Source of the DNA: a virus
Taxonomy: Duplodnaviria > Caudoviricetes
IMG/VR virus record: IMGVR_UViG_3300034171_000062
Span: 96,001-160,000 of that record
Length of the DNA: 64,000 bases
Strand: one strand, 5' to 3'
Position numbers and translations under genes: made by a program. Positions 58,523-64,000 of this stretch are shown here, piece after piece (position 1 is the first letter of the stretch; the number at the start of each line of letters is the position of its first letter). A model generated the notes under the pieces. That model saw only the letters and a list, made by a program, of their open reading frames with translations. It was not told the DNA's origin and did no database searches.

Positions 58523-58797
58523 TATGGTATAGCACTACAGCAGTGCTAAAGGCTTGGCCACCGGTGTTGGGGTGTTACAGGTTGCACCATCGGCCTAGTT
58601 GTTGGCGTTGTCGAGGGGAGTTGGGTGTGTAGGAAGGTTTGTACGGGTTCCTTCCTGGCGCTATCTTGTTCGGTTGTGTTTGCGCATGTCTGTCGCGCTT
58701 GCGCTATTTACACCGACTCCCCTTGACTGGGCTAGTGTTATTTCCTTGTGATGTGTGAGATGAACCGGGGGGCTTCGGCTTCTCGGTTTATTTTGTT
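58523..58797 (+). ncRNA. Candidate structured non-coding RNA
   Basis: Nested long-range helices rich in G-U pairs, between a TATG and an intrinsic terminator; no credible ORF. Confidence 0.5.
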
Positions 58798-58799
58798 TT
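58763..58799 (+). terminator. Intrinsic terminator with no upstream coding gene
   Basis: AACCGGGGGGC-TTCG-GCTTCTCGGTT followed by TATTTTGTTTT. Confidence 0.8.
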
Positions 58800-58882
58800 A
58801 ACTGTATTTGAAGCACATATTACTTATGAGAGCAGCCGTTGTTGTTCACCAATTAGCTTACCTAACCTTTAGGACACTACCC

Positions 58883-59203
58883 ATGCAAGAACTGACTCTG
58901 GACAACCTACCCCAATACGCCGAAGCCGAACCAAAGTTGATCACCGCACTCTTCTCCTTGGGGACCGTAGCGAAACGTTTCGACGAAGCCGTGGCGCCTA
59001 AGAGCATCGACGTGTGGATTGCCCGCGATATGATGGAAGTTAATGCCTTCTCCGATCGGATCATTCCTGTGGGCGAGATGGAAGACCTGCCCTACCACTT
59101 GTACATAGCCACCACCGAGATCACCCAGAGTTACGTCCTGGTGCCCAGCAGCCATCGGTTGCAGATAGTTCGAGGTCAGGTGAACCCAGGCATTTGTTTA
59201 TAA
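58883..59203 (+). CDS. Hypothetical protein
   Basis: AACCTTTAGGA leader before ATG 58883; terminator follows. Confidence 0.7.
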   Translation: MQELTLDNLPQYAEAEPKLITALFSLGTVAKRFDEAVAPKSIDVWIARDMMEVNAFSDRIIPVGEMEDLPYHLYIATTEITQSYVLVPSSHRLQIVRGQVNPGICL

Positions 59204-59207
59204 TCAG

Positions 59208-59235
59208 CGGGAGGCTACGGCCTCCCCTTATGCCG
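59208..59235 (+). terminator. Hairpin followed by CTTATGCCG
   Basis: GGGAGGC-TACG-GCCTCCC-CTTATGCCG. Confidence 0.8.
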
Positions 59236-59267
59236 TCTCGTTAATCGATCCCAACGAATCTTGGGCC

Positions 59268-59283
59268 TATATCACTGAGATGA
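59268..59283 (+). promoter_or_regulatory. Putative early promoter TATATCAC-TG-AGAT
   Basis: Matches the recurrent motif. Confidence 0.65.
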
Positions 59284-59324
59284 GCACCTACAACCCACAA
59301 CCTTTAACCAAGTGAGAAACCATT

Positions 59325-59903
59325 ATGTCTACCATCACCCTACCTTCGTTCAGCAATCTTCTAGGTTTTGATTTCACCAACCCTAAGGTCCTCGTCTTAG
59401 ACGGCATTCAGTTCCGTACTGGAATATTTGACGACCATGCAAAAGTAAAGCAACGCATCTATACCCTGAGGGCCTTGTTGTCTGACGACGATGTTGAACT
59501 GATGCGTGAGTCGGGCATCGACTTCTTGATCCACGAAAGCATTACCGAAGCCAAGCGGCATGGAGACGTTTCCATCCACTACGAAAATAAAACCATCGTC
59601 CTCACCATTGAACCCAAAGCAATCGCTATCGAAGCAATGCTCAAGGGCAAACGGTACCACGCCGCCATAAGCGCTCAAATCGAGGCATTGGTGAACCTGA
59701 ATCTGTACACCAAAGAAGCGATTGACTCCCCCACCCGGAACGAGTCGATTCTTGAAGTCATCGCGACGGCGTACTTGAAACACGGCATCATTACCAACAA
59801 AGAAAAGTTCATCGCAGCCCGCACCATCAGTATCAACGCGATAGGGTGTATTGAAAGCGCCGCGAAGCTCGTCGGATCAGTCGTCAACTTCTTCCGCAAG
59901 TAG
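59325..59903 (+). CDS. Hypothetical protein (probable early gene)
   Basis: 192 aa, lying between the promoter motif and a terminator. Confidence 0.75.
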   Translation: MSTITLPSFSNLLGFDFTNPKVLVLDGIQFRTGIFDDHAKVKQRIYTLRALLSDDDVELMRESGIDFLIHESITEAKRHGDVSIHYENKTIVLTIEPKAIAIEAMLKGKRYHAAISAQIEALVNLNLYTKEAIDSPTRNESILEVIATAYLKHGIITNKEKFIAARTISINAIGCIESAAKLVGSVVNFFRK

Positions 59904-59943
59904 CGGCATACAGGAGGGGTATTCGCCCCTCCTATTATTTTTT
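59904..59943 (+). terminator. Intrinsic terminator
   Basis: CGGCATAC-AGGAGGGG-TATTCG-CCCCTCCT-ATTATTTTTT. Confidence 0.8.
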
Positions 59944-60020
59944 GTCATCGACCCCAGTGATTTATTTTTTAGCCTAATGGTATGTCTATCCACCACGGAT
60001 TACTTACAGGAAATCGAAAC

Positions 60021-61175
60021 ATGGCTACTTTATCAGACTTGGACTTGAAACGCGTTGAGATGAATTCAGCCGTCAATGATTATAAACAGACGGTCTTGGA
60101 CTTCCACGCCAACACGGCGACCCAAGGCGACGTCGACACGACGAAAGCACTGGCTGTGGCCAAGGGTGACGAGTACGCTAAGCTGACGGCTCAGGTCAAA
60201 CAAGACGACCCTAACGTCACCAACGACGATCAGTTGTTCAGCCGCCCTGCGGCCATGAACGCCCTGGTGCGGGATGACATCGCGACCATCGTCCGCACCG
60301 GACGCCTGTTTGGCGACGGCATGAAGTTGTTGATCGACACCGAAGGCACCACGGTGGGTGCCACGAATGTGATCTTGTCCTTTGCCGAAGGTGCTGTTAT
60401 CGACATCGACTGGGGCGATGGCAGCAACCTCCAGTCGTTCACCGCCGCGGCGTCGCACGACTACGCCGTCCCAGGACAATACACGGTAGAAGTGCATGGT
60501 ACGATCAACGGCTTTACTAACCCTTTAGTCGAATCACAACAGCAACTCAAAGACGTCATGCAATGGGGTGAGGTGGAGTTTGCTTCGGCTCAGTCGATGT
60601 TCGCTCGGAGGGGAGGGTTTGTAATCAGCGCCGCTGACGGCCCCACCTTCTTACCGGGCGCCAGTTGCACTCAGATGTTCTACGGGGCGAGTGACTTTAA
60701 CTCCCCCATCAATCACTGGGACATGAGCAACGTGGTGGATATACGAGCAATGTTCTTACTTGCTTACGCGTTCAACCAGCCGTTGGCGGATTGGGATGTC
60801 AGTGGTGTGTTGGATATGGCGTACACGTTCAAGTCAGCCACCACCTTCAACCAAGACTTGAGCTCGTGGAACGTGGGTAGCGTCTTAACTATGACGGATA
60901 TGTTTAGACAAGCAGATGCATTTAATGGTGCCATCGGCGGTTGGAACGTCAGTCAGGTTATTAACATGGAGGGTATGTTCAACAGAGCCGTTGTCTTCAA
61001 CCAACCTCTGAACAACTGGGACGTCGGTAGCGTAACGAACATGAGGCAAATGTTCTACTTCGCCAGCGTCTTCAACCAAAACTTGAACAGTTGGAACGTC
61101 AGTCAAGTGACTGATTATTCAACCTTCAGCACCTCCAGCAGCTTGGTCGCTGGTAACTTCCCTAACTTCACATAA
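60021..61175 (+). CDS. BspA/DUF285-repeat protein with PKD-like domain, paralog 3 (6 repeats)
   Basis: Starts MATLSDLDLKRVE like paralog 1 (AGGA RBS); same architecture. Confidence 0.85.
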   Translation: MATLSDLDLKRVEMNSAVNDYKQTVLDFHANTATQGDVDTTKALAVAKGDEYAKLTAQVKQDDPNVTNDDQLFSRPAAMNALVRDDIATIVRTGRLFGDGMKLLIDTEGTTVGATNVILSFAEGAVIDIDWGDGSNLQSFTAAASHDYAVPGQYTVEVHGTINGFTNPLVESQQQLKDVMQWGEVEFASAQSMFARRGGFVISAADGPTFLPGASCTQMFYGASDFNSPINHWDMSNVVDIRAMFLLAYAFNQPLADWDVSGVLDMAYTFKSATTFNQDLSSWNVGSVLTMTDMFRQADAFNGAIGGWNVSQVINMEGMFNRAVVFNQPLNNWDVGSVTNMRQMFYFASVFNQNLNSWNVSQVTDYSTFSTSSSLVAGNFPNFT

Positions 61176-61183
61176 ACCGTAGA

Positions 61184-61224
61184 CCGCATAAGGGAGAGGC
61201 CAAATGGCCTCTCCCTGTATTTTG
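61184..61224. terminator. Bidirectional terminator
   Basis: CCGCATAA-GGGAGAGGCC-AAAT-GGCCTCTCCC-TGTATTTTG. Confidence 0.8.
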
Positions 61225-61242
61225 CTTTAACGTTCAGTTGCT

Positions 61243-62061
61243 TTATTTACCACGCCCGATCATAGAGGCAATGAACGTGTTCATGCGGGGTCTATCGTTG
61301 GTAAAACTGGCTTTGGCCCAGTTCTGCGCGTAAAACTCTTGATACATCTCGTTGGCGTCAGCGTACCCATCAATCATCTCCCGAATGCGCCCCAACGGCA
61401 CACCGCCGTTCAGCACCCCTTGATCCATGGCGATGTTGGTGTTCACGTAGATGTACGCCTTGGTCGCCAACTCAACCAACCGTGCGTAGGTGGGGTAGAC
61501 TCCAGGGTTGAGGTTGTTCATCCCCTGATCGTTCTCCACCAGGCAGGTCATCCCCAACTGATCGCTGAGGTGTTGAATGTCGTCGCGTACCATCACTGTG
61601 TTGTCACCGATGATTTGGCAGTTAGCGGTGGACACAATGGGCATGGAGGAAATGGCTTTCATGAGATCGTTAGCCGCAGACAGCAACTGACTGCTCTGTC
61701 CTTGGTGTTGTGTGGGTATGCCGTGGTAGGTTAAATAGTTCAAGGTACGCACCGACACGATGCGTCTGCCACCGGTGGCTTCGTACGGAAGACGAAACAC
61801 GCGGGTAGCCATGTCAAACTGCTCATACGCACAGCCAGACAAGTCCACCGCAATCACGGTACCTCCCGTGAGGTTACAATCTATGTTTACTCGGTTTTCA
61901 ATAACTTTATCGCGAATCGCTGAATCGATTGAGATTGCGTCCTGATTCCCCCGCCAGCGTGCACCAAATCCGGTGATGGCTTGCGGTGAAAAGGCCAGTT
62001 GCAGTACCGACTCAGGGATCATGTGTCGTACGTTGTTAATGGCGTAAGTAATGGCATTCAT
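61243..62061 (-). CDS. Conserved phiKZ-like virion protein, possibly a neck/head-tail adaptor
   Basis: AAGGAG RBS before MNAITY; upstream ATCTTATG; C-terminal LNGGVPLGRIREMI recalls T4 gp13-type neck proteins. Confidence 0.55.
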   Translation of the reverse strand: MNAITYAINNVRHMIPESVLQLAFSPQAITGFGARWRGNQDAISIDSAIRDKVIENRVNIDCNLTGGTVIAVDLSGCAYEQFDMATRVFRLPYEATGGRRIVSVRTLNYLTYHGIPTQHQGQSSQLLSAANDLMKAISSMPIVSTANCQIIGDNTVMVRDDIQHLSDQLGMTCLVENDQGMNNLNPGVYPTYARLVELATKAYIYVNTNIAMDQGVLNGGVPLGRIREMIDGYADANEMYQEFYAQNWAKASFTNDRPRMNTFIASMIGRGK

Positions 62062-62126
62062 CGTTAGACTCCTTAGTCCGATCATAAGATGCTGCGTGGT
62101 TTGTCGAACCCTCAGAATCTGAAAGA

Positions 62127-62140
62127 TATATCATAGAAGG
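62127..62140 (+). promoter_or_regulatory. Putative early promoter of phuZ, TATATCAT-AG-AAGG
   Basis: Variant of the recurrent motif. Confidence 0.6.
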
Positions 62141-62232
62141 GCTAGTGCGTGTTGCGATCTTTCTCAACCGGCGCTGGCCAATAGAATGTAGGTATTGCGC
62201 AATACTTCCAAATGAAACTTTAGGAGCACAAA

Positions 62233-63189
62233 ATGAGTAAGACATTACGAGTGTATGGCGCGGGTGGTGCGGGCATCAATCTGGTCAGTCATTACTTCGG
62301 TCGTGAAAGCGGCGCTGGTACTGCACAGTTGGCCCCGGCTCTGATAGACACCAGTCGATCCAATCTCAAAGGTCACCACATCGACAACGACGCCACCTAC
62401 CTGGTGGAAGGTCTGGACGGCTCGGGCAAGATTCGGTCCGAGAACTACGACGAGATCAACAAGACCATCAAACAGATCCTGGTGCAAATACCAGCGGGCG
62501 ATTTCAACCTCGTGGTGTTCAGTGCCTCAGGCGGTTCGGGTTCGGTGCTGGGTCCGTTGTTGATCAAGCAACTCAATGAAAAGAAACTGCCAGTCATTGC
62601 CATCGTTATCGGTACCGATGAATCCACCATCGCCGCTGAAAACACACTCAAGACCATCAAGTCCTTGGAACTGGTTGCTAAGAACAGCAACGTGCCAGTG
62701 ATCATGTCGTTCCACAAGAACGATCTGACCGGCCGTCGTTCAGAAACCGACCGGGCCGTTTGGTCGGTGATCTCTTGCCTGAGTATCCTAACGTCGGGCG
62801 AGAACGTGGAGATGGACTACCGCGACCTGGTGCATTGGGTTCAATACACTAAGGTGAACGGCGGGCGTGCCCAGTTAGCCACCATGCACATAGCCACGTC
62901 CGCCGAGCACATGAAACGCATCACCGGGCCGTTGTCGGTAGCCAGCTTGTATTCCAATCCCGATCAGGAACACTTGGCCACCTCAGCGGATTACCAATCG
63001 GTAGGCTACGCCGACCTCTCAGGCACCGACTTTGAACAGGTCCACTTTGTCATCGGCGTCAACGATCTTGGTCGAATCGGCCAAGACTTGAAGGCTCAGG
63101 TGAATGGCATGCTTGAAGAACGCAACGCGCGGGTTGACGTTGCGTCTCTTCTGGAAGAAAACGAATCGGGTGGGGACCTGGTTCTTTGA
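62233..63189 (+). CDS. phuZ: Tubulin-like protein PhuZ
   Basis: RVYGAGGAGIN, IDTS, GSGKIR, tubulin signature-like SGGSGS, T7-like EMDYRD and an acidic C-terminal tail. Confidence 0.93.
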   Translation: MSKTLRVYGAGGAGINLVSHYFGRESGAGTAQLAPALIDTSRSNLKGHHIDNDATYLVEGLDGSGKIRSENYDEINKTIKQILVQIPAGDFNLVVFSASGGSGSVLGPLLIKQLNEKKLPVIAIVIGTDESTIAAENTLKTIKSLELVAKNSNVPVIMSFHKNDLTGRRSETDRAVWSVISCLSILTSGENVEMDYRDLVHWVQYTKVNGGRAQLATMHIATSAEHMKRITGPLSVASLYSNPDQEHLATSADYQSVGYADLSGTDFEQVHFVIGVNDLGRIGQDLKAQVNGMLEERNARVDVASLLEENESGGDLVL

Positions 63190-63413
63190 TCTTACCGTTC
63201 CTCTACGTTGGTTGGGCGCTGTCGAATCTCATTGTGTGGATGAGTCTTACGTTAAGACTTTCAATGAGACGCTTCAAAGCACCTACAGTATCTCCAACTG
63301 ACGTTAAACCCGGCCGTGTCGCTTTGACTGGCCATTCGGTTGAGGGTTGTCCACAGTGGTCGCCGACTTGTGGGGTCGGTAGGATCTCGGACATAGACTC
63401 ACTTACTGAATGA
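63186..63413 (+). CDS. Possible small membrane protein
   Basis: TTG start overlapping the phuZ stop; hydrophobic N-terminus. Confidence 0.4.
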   Translation: MILPFLYVGWALSNLIVWMSLTLRLSMRRFKAPTVSPTDVKPGRVALTGHSVEGCPQWSPTCGVGRISDIDSLTE

Positions 63414-63420
63414 GGTCAGT

Positions 63421-63627
63421 ATGAGACGACTGATGATACTGAGCGACGGAGCTCGCCTTGCAAACGCGGTACTCTGGATGTTACGTCCAGTACTCACGTA
63501 TGGCGCGATGCTTCCGTTAGCGGCAGACGAAGACAGTGAGGTTGTTCGAGACGAGACGATTGAGGTAGAGACTGCCGACTTCACCAGTGAAGATGGGAGT
63601 GATGCCGCACCGCCGTGGTCGGTGTAA
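63421..63627 (+). CDS. Small protein with hydrophobic N-half and acidic C-half
   Basis: GAGGT RBS and ATG start. Confidence 0.5.
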   Translation: MRRLMILSDGARLANAVLWMLRPVLTYGAMLPLAADEDSEVVRDETIEVETADFTSEDGSDAAPPWSV

Positions 63628-63705
63628 TCGACTCTGTGAACAACCAAGTGCATAGGTAGTACCTAAAGGGCGGCACATTTGTCGACCTAACCGCGAATGC
63701 GGTAC

Positions 63706-63790
63706 GGGAGAACGGACTGGACGACGGACACTGGAGTGAGTCATTCACCCCCTCCGTATCGCCATCCGTTCTCCCACCTTCTTTTTTTTT
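63706..63790 (+). terminator. Long irregular hairpin followed by U-tract (terminator or small RNA 3' end)
   Basis: GGGAGAACGGA pairs with TCCGTTCTCCC (11 bp) with nested pairing inside, then a T9 run. Confidence 0.6.
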
Positions 63791-63905
63791 GTCTTTGTTA
63801 TACAGCGTCTCAGATCGTCTACAGCCCCCCCTATGTGTGAATTGGTACATAACTGCCCCTTCCTATGTAATGGTCCTTACAGACCACTCCAGACGATTTC
63901 AGGGA

Positions 63906-63920
63906 TATATTATCAAGGTG
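63906..63920 (+). promoter_or_regulatory. Putative early promoter TATATTAT-CA-AGGT
   Basis: Matches the recurrent motif; the target gene lies beyond the window. Confidence 0.6.
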
Positions 63921-64000
63921 ATAGACATATTCCCTAGTCGAAGCGAGACAACCCGTGATATTAATCTTCAACGTCGATGAGCACTTGCACGACTTAAAGC

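Noticed and set aside
58135-58632. Short ORFs of 77 and 67 aa
   Set aside because: GTG/TTG starts without a good RBS, atypical composition, and overlap with inverted repeats.
10901-61175. Diversity-generating retroelement acting on the DUF285 genes
   Set aside because: No reverse transcriptase or template/variable repeat pair in the window, and differences between paralogs are not confined to adenines.
63706-63778. tRNA, suggested by an acceptor-like stem ending in ACC
   Set aside because: No D, anticodon or T arms; it folds as a single rod.
1-64000. CRISPR array, IS element, integrase, intein or stop-codon recoding
   Set aside because: No regularly spaced direct repeats, no transposase or intein motifs, and core genes are intact under code 11 apart from the intron.

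Overview
The window is a segment of a phiKZ-like jumbo myophage genome (probably Chimalliviridae), read with the standard genetic code. Core genes recognised from motifs and gene order: SbcC/Rad50 ATPase (5' partial), RNase H, UvsX/RecA, three virion RNA polymerase subunits (phiKZ gp149-, gp180- and gp178-like), tape-measure-like protein (gp181-like), prohead protease (gp175-like), tail tube, tail sheath, gp26-28-like structural genes, large terminase and tubulin PhuZ. The gp178-like gene is split by a 375-nt group I intron with no ORF, whose splice sites can be read directly (34993-35367). Accessory content includes three dispersed paralogs combining a conserved N-terminal domain, a PKD-like domain and variable DUF285/BspA repeats. 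It also includes a tandem intact plus degenerate NADAR pair, a probably host-derived YbaK-like/HDOD protein, CYTH, SLOG, HAD, DUF488, RyR and DUF3307 proteins, and a two-component spanin. Non-coding signals are an early-promoter motif (TATATYAYnnAGGT), a late TATG motif, hairpins followed by TATGCCG instead of a U-tract, and an ORF-free region at about 58030-58800 containing a candidate + strand structured RNA of roughly 210-270 nt. No database search was run: phiKZ gp numbers come from recalled motifs and synteny, and RNA structures were paired by hand. No chimallin or major capsid gene lies in this window.
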